Assembly: GCA_902616715.1 (NCBI GenBank)
Contig: CACMTR010000002.1
Coordinates: 68,951-132,950 of the forward strand
DNA length: 64,000 bases
Reading direction: 5' to 3'
Source of the DNA: an uncultured SAR86 cluster bacterium
GTDB taxonomy: Bacteria; Pseudomonadota; Gammaproteobacteria; Magnimaribacterales; AG-339-G14
Shown one piece after another: positions 17,775 through 26,526 of the stretch. Within the stretch, counting starts at the first letter, position 1. Every line of letters starts with the position of its first letter. Position numbers and translations under genes: made by a program. The notes under the pieces were generated by a model. It searched no databases and was not told the origin of the DNA. It saw nothing but the letters and a program-made list of their open reading frames with translations.

Positions 17775-20516
17775 ATGGCAAAACCCGAAAGCATTACTGA
17801 CAACGACTCAGTTATTTTAGTGGATGGTTCATCTTATATTTATCGCGCTTATCATGCGTTGCCGCCATTAACCACCTCGTCTGGCCAACCAACTGGCGCA
17901 GTGCGCGGAGTGACCACCATGGTGATGCGAATTTTAGAAGATCATCCTAATAGTCCAGTCGGAATGATCTTTGACGCCAAGGGCGAGACTTTCCGAAATG
18001 AAATGTACAGTGAATATAAGGCCAATAGACCGCCGATGCCAGATGATTTAAGACCTCAAATTCAACCGATTCATGACATTTGCCGCGCTTTAGGATTGAA
18101 GCTTTTTATAGTCGATGGGGTAGAGGCAGATGACGTAATTGGCACCCTGGCAACTGAAGCTGAAAGCAAAGGCATCAAAACTGTTGTTTCAACAGGCGAT
18201 AAAGACTTAGCCCAACTGGTGACTAAAAACATCACCTTGGTGAATACAATGACCAATGAATTGCTTGATGAAGATCGAGTGATGAAAAAGTTTGGTGTTA
18301 GACCTGATCAAATTATCGATTACTTAGCTTTGGTTGGCGACACTTCGGATAACATCCCAGGCGTTAATAAAGTGGGCCCAAAAACTGCTGTGAATTGGTT
18401 AAGCAAATATGACTCAGTAGAAAAGATTATTGAATCCGCAGATGAAATTACAGGCAAGGTCGGCGAATATCTAAGAGAAGGCATTGAGCAACTTAAATTA
18501 TCCAAGCAATTAACTACCATTAAAAAAGACGTCGCATTGGACTTTGGTATTGAAGATCTTCAAGTTGAGCCAAGAGACGAGGCTAAAATTTTTGAATTAT
18601 TTACCGAATTAGAATTTAAAACACTCATTAAAAGTAAAGTTGATAAATCGACCCCAAAGGCAAAACCAACAGAGCTTCCAGAAGCTTTAAAAAAAGAAAC
18701 TCCCAAACTAAAAGACATCAATGCGAGCTATCAATGCATCTTAAAAGAATCAGAACTTGATGCTTTGATTGAAAAGTTGGGTAAAGCTAAATTGATTGCG
18801 CTCGACACAGAAACCGATGGCCTAGATTTCACGACTGCAGAATTAGTTGGTATTTCACTTTCTGCTAAAGAAGGCGAAGGAGCCTATATTCCCATCAGTC
18901 ACGATTATGCTGAGGCACCTAAACAATTAAAAAAAGAATTGGTATTAAAAAAACTAAAGCCGTTGTTAGAGAAAGTACCGATTGTCGGGCAACACATAAA
19001 ATTCGACCGAAACGTTCTCGCTCAACATGGCTTGGAACTCAATAATATTGGGAGCGATAGCATGCTGATGTCTTATGTTTTGGATTCAACTGCAACGCGT
19101 CACAACTTGGACGCCATGGCTAAATTTTATTTGAATTACGAAGCCACTAGCTACGAAGAAGTTGCTGGCAAGGGAGTGAAGCAAATCACTTTTAATAACG
19201 TTGATTTAGAAACCGCTACTCATTACGCTGCGGAAGATGCAGACATAACTTTGAGATGCCACAACGTTTTGCAAGAAAAATTGAGTAAAACCAAGTCTCT
19301 TGAAAAAGTTTTAGCGGATATTGACCTGCCTTTGATTCCGGTGTTATCAGACGTTGAACAAAACGGAGCTTTAGTCAACGCAGATGAGTTGAAAATCCAG
19401 TCCAATAATCTTGGTCAGCGCATTAGTGGCCTTGAAGAAAAAGCTTTTAAAGAAGCGGGAAAAGAATTTAATTTAGCTTCCACCAAGGATTTAAGGGCCA
19501 TCTTTTTTGACGAAATGGATCTGCCGGTCATCAAGAAAACTCCTGGCGGGCAGCCATCGACTGATGAATCGGTCTTACAAGACTTGGCAAGAGATTATGA
19601 ACTGCCAAAAATATTATTGGAGCACAGAACTCTGGCTAAACTCAAAAGTACTTATACAGACTCGCTGCCAGAACAAATTTCACCGGTGACTGGTAGAGTG
19701 CATACCTCTTATCACCAAGCGGTCACAACTACTGGAAGATTATCTTCCGCAGATCCAAATTTACAAAATATCCCAATTAAAACAGAAGAAGGCCGCATGA
19801 TTCGTACAGCCTTTGTGGCACCCAAAGGATATAAATTGCTAGCAATTGATTATTCCCAAATTGAATTAAGAATCATGGCACATCTCTCAGGCGACAAAAA
19901 TATGATTTCAGCTTTTGAAAATGGGGAAGACATTCACTCTGCCACTGCGGCTGAAGTTTTTGCTGCACCTGGAAAAGAAGCCAGTGATGAGGATAGACGA
20001 AGCGCTAAGGCTATCAATTTTGGGCTGATCTATGGCATGTCAGCTTTTGGCTTAGGCAAAGCGCTTGGATTGCCTAGAACGGTAGCGCAAGATTACATTG
20101 ACTCGTATTTTGCTAAATATCCTGGAGTCAAACTTTACATGGAACAAACCAAAGAACGGGCGCGTGAGAAAGGCTTTGTAGAAACAATTTTTGGCAGACG
20201 TTTGTATTTGCCAGGAATATATAGTGGACGCACACGTCAAGGTGCGGAGAGGGCAGCGATTAATGCGCCAATGCAAGGCACGGCAGCCGATATCATGAAA
20301 CTCGCAATGATTTCCATACATGAGTGGGTACAAAAGGAAAAAGTTGATGCCAAAATGATCCTGCAAGTGCATGACGAGGTAATTTTAGAAGTCCCAGAAA
20401 AGGAAGTGGCTTCGGTGGAAGGCGAAGTTTCAAAACTGATGCAAAATGCAGCTTCTTTAAAAGTGCCACTAGAAGTGGAAAGCGGAATTGCCAATAATTG
20501 GGGCGAAGCTCATTAA
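17775..20516 (+). CDS. polA: DNA polymerase I
   Basis: 5'-3' exonuclease (VDGSSYIYRAYHA, EADDVIGT), 3'-5' exonuclease (ALDTET, YAAEDAD) and polymerase motifs (DYSQIELR, KAINFGLIYG, QVHDE). Confidence 0.99.
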   Translation: MAKPESITDNDSVILVDGSSYIYRAYHALPPLTTSSGQPTGAVRGVTTMVMRILEDHPNSPVGMIFDAKGETFRNEMYSEYKANRPPMPDDLRPQIQPIHDICRALGLKLFIVDGVEADDVIGTLATEAESKGIKTVVSTGDKDLAQLVTKNITLVNTMTNELLDEDRVMKKFGVRPDQIIDYLALVGDTSDNIPGVNKVGPKTAVNWLSKYDSVEKIIESADEITGKVGEYLREGIEQLKLSKQLTTIKKDVALDFGIEDLQVEPRDEAKIFELFTELEFKTLIKSKVDKSTPKAKPTELPEALKKETPKLKDINASYQCILKESELDALIEKLGKAKLIALDTETDGLDFTTAELVGISLSAKEGEGAYIPISHDYAEAPKQLKKELVLKKLKPLLEKVPIVGQHIKFDRNVLAQHGLELNNIGSDSMLMSYVLDSTATRHNLDAMAKFYLNYEATSYEEVAGKGVKQITFNNVDLETATHYAAEDADITLRCHNVLQEKLSKTKSLEKVLADIDLPLIPVLSDVEQNGALVNADELKIQSNNLGQRISGLEEKAFKEAGKEFNLASTKDLRAIFFDEMDLPVIKKTPGGQPSTDESVLQDLARDYELPKILLEHRTLAKLKSTYTDSLPEQISPVTGRVHTSYHQAVTTTGRLSSADPNLQNIPIKTEEGRMIRTAFVAPKGYKLLAIDYSQIELRIMAHLSGDKNMISAFENGEDIHSATAAEVFAAPGKEASDEDRRSAKAINFGLIYGMSAFGLGKALGLPRTVAQDYIDSYFAKYPGVKLYMEQTKERAREKGFVETIFGRRLYLPGIYSGRTRQGAERAAINAPMQGTAADIMKLAMISIHEWVQKEKVDAKMILQVHDEVILEVPEKEVASVEGEVSKLMQNAASLKVPLEVESGIANNWGEAH

Positions 20517-20521
20517 CTTTT

Positions 20522-20548
20522 GAACTTTTTTAAAACTCTCTAGTCTAA
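20522..20548 (+). promoter_or_regulatory. sigmaE/AlgU-type promoter
   Basis: GAACTT-N16-TCTAA immediately after the polA stop codon. Confidence 0.75.
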
Positions 20549-20552
20549 AAAG

Positions 20553-20626
20553 CATTCTCCTAAGAAATAAGGAAACTCTCTCCTTAAGCCCATTGATCTC
20601 CCCTTTTTAAATCAATGGGCGCTTAG
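20553..20626 (+). ncRNA. putative ErsA/Spot 42-position small RNA
   Basis: Lies downstream of polA behind a sigmaE-type promoter; CU-rich motifs and the hairpin TAAGCCCATTGAT-loop-ATCAATGGGCGCTTA. Ends are approximate. Confidence 0.6.
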
Positions 20627-20759
20627 AAGAATCTTTATCTAACAATCTAAGTTCCAGGACTAACTCCACATATTCATCCCATCTTGTGTCTAGTGCTCGA
20701 CAAGTATGTTTGGCGAACACAAACTCTCTGGCTTCTTTTAGGGTTTTAATTTCTTTCAT
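20607..20759 (-). CDS. 50-aa hypothetical ORF or gene remnant
   Basis: MKEIKTLKEAREFVFAKHTCRALDTRWDEYVELVLELRLLDKDSSKRPLI; starts 8 nt after the MORN gene stop; no clear SD. Confidence 0.3.
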   Translation of the reverse strand: MKEIKTLKEAREFVFAKHTCRALDTRWDEYVELVLELRLLDKDSSKRPLI

Positions 20760-20767
20760 ATATTTTA

Positions 20768-21553
20768 TTAGTCATAGGGATTGATAATTTGAGGGCATTC
20801 ATTGGTTTCAATCTTTGTTTTTGAAATATTCATTGTACTATTTGGGAAAATCAAAGGAGTGTTCTTAGTTGTTATTTTTGTTTTAGGTGTGCATGGTTCA
20901 TTCAGAGCTTTAATGACAGCGCCTTGAATAAAACCTTGAACAATAGCCCCAAAAATATCGGTAATAAATGAGTCATCTTGCTTCTTTTTCGAAATAACTT
21001 TTGAACTTAGTTTATTCGATGGATTATCATCTCTAAGGGGAAACCCGTATTGCCATTGTCCGGAATATTTATCCCCATCCTTATACCACCTCGTGCCATA
21101 CCCATCAGGTAAATTATTTTTCCACTCCCCGTCATAAGTTCCCCAATGGTCAGTTAAAATACCCTCCCCATGTTTCTTGTCATTCTGCCAATCGCCAATA
21201 TATTTTTCTTTGGATGAAGTTGTTTCATAAATTCCTTTGCCGTGTCTTTTATTATTTTTCCAATCACCAATGTAAGAATGCCCAGCTGAGACAAAATGCC
21301 CTCTTCCATGAAAAGTTTTATTATCTTTCCATTCTCCTACATAAAACCCTTCTTTATCTAAGCTAACATATTTTTCACCATAACAATTTTTCCAAATTTT
21401 AATGTCTTCACATTTAGGCAGTAATGAAAATATACCTTCTTCAACTCCTTTGACCTTCAACATATTTTTTGGTTTAGGAGAGAATGCATAAGAATAAGAT
21501 TCAGCAAAAGAGCTCCCAACAAACAAAGCCAGAATTAGGAGTAGGTTTTTCAC
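20768..21553 (-). CDS. secreted MORN-repeat protein
   Basis: Signal peptide (SFA), then tandem Y.G.W.....HG.G repeats (YVGEWKD, YIGDWKN, YIGDWQN, YDGEWKN, YSGQWQY). Confidence 0.9.
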   Translation of the reverse strand: MKNLLLILALFVGSSFAESYSYAFSPKPKNMLKVKGVEEGIFSLLPKCEDIKIWKNCYGEKYVSLDKEGFYVGEWKDNKTFHGRGHFVSAGHSYIGDWKNNKRHGKGIYETTSSKEKYIGDWQNDKKHGEGILTDHWGTYDGEWKNNLPDGYGTRWYKDGDKYSGQWQYGFPLRDDNPSNKLSSKVISKKKQDDSFITDIFGAIVQGFIQGAVIKALNEPCTPKTKITTKNTPLIFPNSTMNISKTKIETNECPQIINPYD

Positions 21554-21966
21554 TCTTCTACCTTATCAAATTCAGAATCGGGTTCAAGGATTGCTAGCTT
21601 TTGGAAGAATTGTTCTTTTAATTCTTTAACGCTTGTCGGATTCCCATAATCAATAAATGCAATCTTACTAAGGATTTCTATTAACTCATTTTTTGTCTCA
21701 CCAATTACGCATGGGAATTGATAATTTTTGTCTTGAATGTTTTTTGGGAGTTCATTGCGGTGTAGTACTTTTACATCGTAATGATTCTTTAGTTCTTTGA
21801 TAAATGTTAACCATTCAAATCTCACAAAGAATTTATTATGAGAAATGTCACATAGCTCGCACGCACTAGTTTTATTTAATAGATTTTTATTAATCCAATA
21901 TTTAATTTCGTTCCATAGACCGCCGTCAGCATCGTAAATAAAATAAATTTTTTTAAGTTGTGTCAT
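21550..21966 (-). CDS. conserved hypothetical protein with CxxCxxxH motif
   Basis: YDADGG...ACELCDISH...HRNE; directly downstream of engB. Confidence 0.7.
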   Translation of the reverse strand: MTQLKKIYFIYDADGGLWNEIKYWINKNLLNKTSACELCDISHNKFFVRFEWLTFIKELKNHYDVKVLHRNELPKNIQDKNYQFPCVIGETKNELIEILSKIAFIDYGNPTSVKELKEQFFQKLAILEPDSEFDKVEE

Positions 21967-22572
21967 TCAGTGATTTAATTTTATTTCCATCCAATCCAGA
22001 ATTTTTTTCGAAAGCTCTTTAGCCCCAGAAGCTGTTTTTGCGGACAACAACATAGGGCTATCTAACAATAAATTATGAGTAGTTTTTTCTACACATTTCA
22101 TAAGCTCTTGAGACGCTTTATTCTTTGAGAGCTTATCTGATTTATTCAAAAGAATTTGCATAGGTAAATTGTATTGTTCGCACCAAGCAATGAAATTTAG
22201 GTCACTTTCTTGCAGCGGATGTCTGACGTCCATAATTAAAATAATACCTCTGAGGCTTTTACGGGAGGCCATGTATTTAGTGATTTGTTGACCCCATTCT
22301 TTTTGCATTTTTTTTGAGGCTTTGGCATAGCCATAACCCGGAAGGTCCACTAATTTTTTTGAAGAATCTTCATTGACGTAAAAAAAGTTGATGGATTGAG
22401 TTCGACCGGGTGTGTTGGAAGTTTTTGCTAATTTTTTTTGATTCGCAAGCATGTTTAAAACGCTCGATTTGCCTGAATTGGAGCGACCACAAATAGCTAG
22501 CTCAACGCCCTCATCGTCAGGAAAAAATTGCTCTGTAGGACAGGACCTATCAAAGTTAATCTTTAAGAACAT
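21967..22572 (-). CDS. engB: ribosome biogenesis GTP-binding protein EngB/YihA
   Basis: GRSNSGKSS, TPGRTQ, DLPGYGYA and NKSDKL. Confidence 0.96.
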   Translation of the reverse strand: MFLKINFDRSCPTEQFFPDDEGVELAICGRSNSGKSSVLNMLANQKKLAKTSNTPGRTQSINFFYVNEDSSKKLVDLPGYGYAKASKKMQKEWGQQITKYMASRKSLRGIILIMDVRHPLQESDLNFIAWCEQYNLPMQILLNKSDKLSKNKASQELMKCVEKTTHNLLLDSPMLLSAKTASGAKELSKKILDWMEIKLNH

Positions 22573-22656
22573 GGTTTTTCAGACATATTGTTATAAAGGA
22601 AAATTTACCTTCAATAGTATATAATTCTGCTCACTTAGCCCACAAAAGAATAAATA

Positions 22657-23295
22657 ATGTATAAAAATTTCTTTTTAATAAGCCTTATATTGTTGTCATC
22701 TAGCTTTGTTCACTCAGCTAGTGATGAAGTAGAGGTTAAAGCCGTCAAACGGGGCGATCCTATGGCAGGTTCTGAGCTGGTTGCTACTTGCACTGGTTGT
22801 CACGGTGCGGATGGAAATAGTGTTGTGGGTCAGTGGCCAACACTTGCTGGGCAAAGAGAAAGTTATACTTTAGCTCAGTTAATTCATGTGCAAAAAGGTG
22901 AACGCATGATCGAATCCATGATGGGCTTGCTTGATAATTATTCTGAAGAACAATTAAGAGATATTGCAGCATACTATGCCGCGCAAGACACCAAAGTTGG
23001 TCAAGCCGATAGTACTAACTTTGAATTGGGTCAAAGAATTTATCGAGCAGGAAATTTGTCAGGAGGAGTACCTGCATGCACAGGTTGTCATGGACCACAA
23101 GGAAAAGGAGTGGAGTCAGCTGGTTATCCTAAATTGAGCGGTCAGAAAGCTGAATACGTGGTCACTAGCTTAGTGGCATATAAAAATGGGGAGCGAGTGC
23201 ATAGTAGCAATGCAAAGATTATGCAAGGAATTGCTGTCCGGTTAACGACCGAAGAGATCAGAGCGGTGGCAAACTATGTTTCAGGATTGTATTAA
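22657..23295 (+). CDS. cytochrome c4 (diheme)
   Basis: Signal peptide and two CTGCH heme motifs; conserved position between engB and dsbA. Confidence 0.93.
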   Translation: MYKNFFLISLILLSSSFVHSASDEVEVKAVKRGDPMAGSELVATCTGCHGADGNSVVGQWPTLAGQRESYTLAQLIHVQKGERMIESMMGLLDNYSEEQLRDIAAYYAAQDTKVGQADSTNFELGQRIYRAGNLSGGVPACTGCHGPQGKGVESAGYPKLSGQKAEYVVTSLVAYKNGERVHSSNAKIMQGIAVRLTTEEIRAVANYVSGLY

Positions 23296-23899
23296 AACTC
23301 TTCTTTTAACTTTATTTTTAGGTTTTTTTAGTACTTTTACTTTTTCAAAAGACTATCAAGAAGGCAGACATTATCAGTTAATTGAGCCAATCCCCACAAG
23401 AAATCCGAAAAAAATAGAAGTTATTGAATTTTTTTGGTTTGGTTGTGGTCATTGTTTTAGCCTCGAGCAATTGATTGCAGACTGGAAAGGCGACATTGAT
23501 GAGAAAGTAGATTTTTTCAGATTGCCGGTAGTTTGGAATGCGCAAACCAAAACTCATGCTAAATTATTTTTTGCTACCGAAACTTTAAACGTGCCAGAAG
23601 CCATCGAAGGAATTTTTGGCGCGATTCACTTTAACCGCAAAATGATGCTCTCAGATAAAGAAGTAGTGCCTTTTTTTCAAGGCTACGGAGTGGAAGAAGA
23701 TCAATATCTTGCGGCTGTAAATTCTTTTGGTTTGAAAAATAATTTACGAAAAGCTGAGTTATTTGCCTTTAAATACGGTATAAAGGGCGTCCCTGCATTT
23801 ATTGTGAATGGAAAATACAAGGTTTCAGCCACAAGAGAACTTGGTACTGATGAACTTTTAAATGTTGTGGATTTTTTAATTAAAAAAGAACAAAGTTGA
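23276..23899 (+). CDS. dsbA: thiol:disulfide interchange protein DsbA
   Basis: EFFWFGCGHC active site and GVPAFIVNGKY cis-Pro loop. Confidence 0.93.
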   Translation: MFQDCIKTLLLTLFLGFFSTFTFSKDYQEGRHYQLIEPIPTRNPKKIEVIEFFWFGCGHCFSLEQLIADWKGDIDEKVDFFRLPVVWNAQTKTHAKLFFATETLNVPEAIEGIFGAIHFNRKMMLSDKEVVPFFQGYGVEEDQYLAAVNSFGLKNNLRKAELFAFKYGIKGVPAFIVNGKYKVSATRELGTDELLNVVDFLIKKEQS

Positions 23900-23900
23900 A

Positions 23901-24725
23901 ATGACTAATTACAGATCCAACTTATTTATACCAGGCCACACTCTAGATCGTCTTGAGCGTGCTCAAAACAGTAATGCCGATGCAATCATTGTTGATCTCG
24001 AAGACGGTTGTCCAGAAGCCGAAAAATTAGTGGCAAGAGAGACTCTGATCAGCTTGCTTAAAGAAAAAGCATTCACAAAACCACTATTCGTCCGAGTAAA
24101 TGATGCGATGGAAGCTCTTGGCAGAGCAGACATTGATTCTATCTCTCCTTATCAAGATCAAATAGAAGCAATTATTCTCCCTAAAACTCAAAGCTTTGAT
24201 TTTCTGGCAACGCTCGCCCCGATGATAGACTTTAAAAACAAATTAGTTCCCCTAATAGAAACATCAAGAGCCATTGAAACCGTTACTCAAATTGCTGCTT
24301 TTAAAGATGTTGTGGGTTTGTTTTTTGGTGCCGCAGATGCTTCAGCGAGTTTAGGATGCAAGTTAGCTTGGGAGCCATTATTGTATGCAAGACATAGAGT
24401 TGTTTTAGCCGCTTCAATGTTTAACCTTTTTACAATCGACGCACCATATTTTTACATAGATAAAATGGCTGGTTTGAAAGAAGAAGCCGAAGCGGTAAAA
24501 AATTTAGGGTTTACCGGTAAGGCCGCTATTCACCCCGACCAAATAGATTACATAAACGAGGCTTTTTCACCATCTCCTGAAGAAAAAGCCGAAGCGAAAA
24601 AAGTATTAGAGGAGTATCAAAAATCAGGCGGCGGGGCTATAAAAGTTGATGGGCAAATGATTGATGAGCCAATTGCAGAAGCTATGAGATTAAAAATTAC
24701 TCTTGGAGAAGAAGAGAAGGGTTAA
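23901..24725 (+). CDS. CitE/HpcH-family CoA-ester lyase (citramalyl-CoA lyase-like)
   Basis: RSNLFIPG, IVDLEDG, VRVN, LIET, FGAADAS, WEPLLYAR and GKAAIHPDQ. Confidence 0.88.
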   Translation: MTNYRSNLFIPGHTLDRLERAQNSNADAIIVDLEDGCPEAEKLVARETLISLLKEKAFTKPLFVRVNDAMEALGRADIDSISPYQDQIEAIILPKTQSFDFLATLAPMIDFKNKLVPLIETSRAIETVTQIAAFKDVVGLFFGAADASASLGCKLAWEPLLYARHRVVLAASMFNLFTIDAPYFYIDKMAGLKEEAEAVKNLGFTGKAAIHPDQIDYINEAFSPSPEEKAEAKKVLEEYQKSGGGAIKVDGQMIDEPIAEAMRLKITLGEEEKG

Positions 24726-24727
24726 AA

Positions 24728-25243
24728 ATGACTGGCTCAAAAGATCTTGGAGAGGGAAGATTCAGGGAATCTTACGGTCGATATTTTGAAGATTTTGAAG
24801 TTGGCCATATTTACGAACACAGACCTGGTCGAACCATAACTCAAGCCGACAATACTTGGTTCACTTTGCTGACAATGAATACCCACCCTTTGCATTTCGA
24901 CGAAGAGTATGGAAAAGCAACTGAGTTTGGCAAAACTTTAGTTAACAGCACATTTACTGTAGCCACCATGGTCGGTATGAGCGTTAGTGACGTTAGTCAG
25001 AAAGCAATCGCAAATCTAGGTTGGACAGATATCGTGCTGCCAAAACCTTTATTTGTTGGGGACACCCTGTATGCGGAATCAGAGGTTGTAGAGAAAAGAC
25101 TGTCCGAATCTAGAGAAAACTGCGGAATTGTTACGGTTAAAACAATTGGTAAAAACCAAAACGATGAAGTAGTAGCATCTTATTTAAGATCAGCCTTAAT
25201 CCCCACTCGCGGACATGCTGTTGACGATAAGATAAATTATTAA
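24728..25243 (+). CDS. MaoC-family (R)-specific enoyl-CoA hydratase (RipB/itaconyl-CoA hydratase-like)
   Basis: GRYFEDFEVG..YEHRPGRTIT..DN.WFTLLTMNTHPLHFD. Confidence 0.88.
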   Translation: MTGSKDLGEGRFRESYGRYFEDFEVGHIYEHRPGRTITQADNTWFTLLTMNTHPLHFDEEYGKATEFGKTLVNSTFTVATMVGMSVSDVSQKAIANLGWTDIVLPKPLFVGDTLYAESEVVEKRLSESRENCGIVTVKTIGKNQNDEVVASYLRSALIPTRGHAVDDKINY

Positions 25244-25246
25244 TTT

Positions 25247-26437
25247 ATGTCGGCACCACTAGAAAACATCAAAGTTCTAGATTTAACTCACATGTTGGCT
25301 GGACCTTATGCCAGCATGCTAATTGCAGATCTTGGCGCTGAGGTTGTAAAAGTTGAACCACCAGGCAAAGGCGAAATCACTAGAGCCCTCTATAAAGATC
25401 ACCCTGATTATTCCCTTGATGGTGTAAGTCCTTATCATATTACTTTGGCGAGAAATAAAAAAAGCCTTACTTTGGATTTGAAACAAGAAAAGGGCAAACA
25501 ATTATTTTATGAGCTCGTAAAAAAATTTGATGTCGTTTTGGATAACTTCAGTTCTGGAGTCACAGAAAGATTAGGAATAGATTTTCCTACTTTGAAAAAA
25601 TACAATCCAAAAATTATTACTTGTTCTATTAGTGGTTTTGGGAAAGGTGAGGCAGATAGACCTGCTTATGATCAAATCCTTCAGGCTTATGGCGGCGGGA
25701 TGTCTATTACCGGAGAGGACGAAAATCATCCAGTTCGAGCTGGTATTCCCATCGCCGATTTATCATCGGGCATGTTCAGTATTATTGGAATCCTTAGTGC
25801 TTTGCAAAAAAGAGATAAAGACGGTGTTGGCGATCATGTTGATATTTCAATGTTAGATTGCCAAGTGAGCCTTCTAACCTATATGGCCACAATGAATACA
25901 ATTTCAGGAATAGAACCTAAACCGATAGGAAACCAACATTTCCTTCACGTTCCCTATAATTCCTATAAAACTGCTGATGGATTTATTATTATTTCGGTGG
26001 TGCATGAAGATTTTTGGCCTAATTTATTAGAGGCCCTAGATCTAGAGGAATTTCGCGGCGAGGAATATAAAACTGTTCAAGGACGTCTTGCTGATAGAAA
26101 AAATATAGACAAAGTTATCTCTGAAAAATTAGAACATAAACCAAGCTCTCACTGGCTCGACTTACTAGCAAAACATCGTGTTCCTTCTGGACCTATTAAT
26201 TCAGTGAGGGATGCTTTAGAAGATCCGCTTGTAAAGAAAAGAAATATGATTGTCGACTTGGAACAACCATCTGGCTCAACAGCGAAAATGCCTGGTAACC
26301 CAATTAAACTTGAGAGTTATGAAGAGAATTATTCTCCGGCGCCTGAGTTGGGCGAACATACAGCGGAAGTATTAGAAAAATATCTTAAAATTAGCTCTGA
26401 GGAACTTGATTCTTTAAAATCAGATAAGATTATTTAA
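25247..26437 (+). CDS. family III (CaiB/BaiF) CoA-transferase
   Basis: KVLDLTHMLAGPY, LGAEVVKVEPP, RNKKSL.LDLK, CSISGFG and PIADL. Confidence 0.93.
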   Translation: MSAPLENIKVLDLTHMLAGPYASMLIADLGAEVVKVEPPGKGEITRALYKDHPDYSLDGVSPYHITLARNKKSLTLDLKQEKGKQLFYELVKKFDVVLDNFSSGVTERLGIDFPTLKKYNPKIITCSISGFGKGEADRPAYDQILQAYGGGMSITGEDENHPVRAGIPIADLSSGMFSIIGILSALQKRDKDGVGDHVDISMLDCQVSLLTYMATMNTISGIEPKPIGNQHFLHVPYNSYKTADGFIIISVVHEDFWPNLLEALDLEEFRGEEYKTVQGRLADRKNIDKVISEKLEHKPSSHWLDLLAKHRVPSGPINSVRDALEDPLVKKRNMIVDLEQPSGSTAKMPGNPIKLESYEENYSPAPELGEHTAEVLEKYLKISSEELDSLKSDKII

Positions 26438-26526
26438 TTTCTTAAGAATCCAAAAAAACTCCCTTTAAATTTTATCCAATTTGTTTTACTGTAAATCAGT
26501 AAGAAACACTAAATGAGGAGAGTTTT

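Noticed and set aside
17761-17777. polA as another leaderless gene
   Set aside because: The hexamer at the right distance is TTAAAT, which lacks the conserved A at position 2; too weak to include.
21040-21350. Periodic sequence as a CRISPR or tandem DNA repeat
   Set aside because: Explained by degenerate protein-level MORN repeats; there are no identical nucleotide repeats with spacers.
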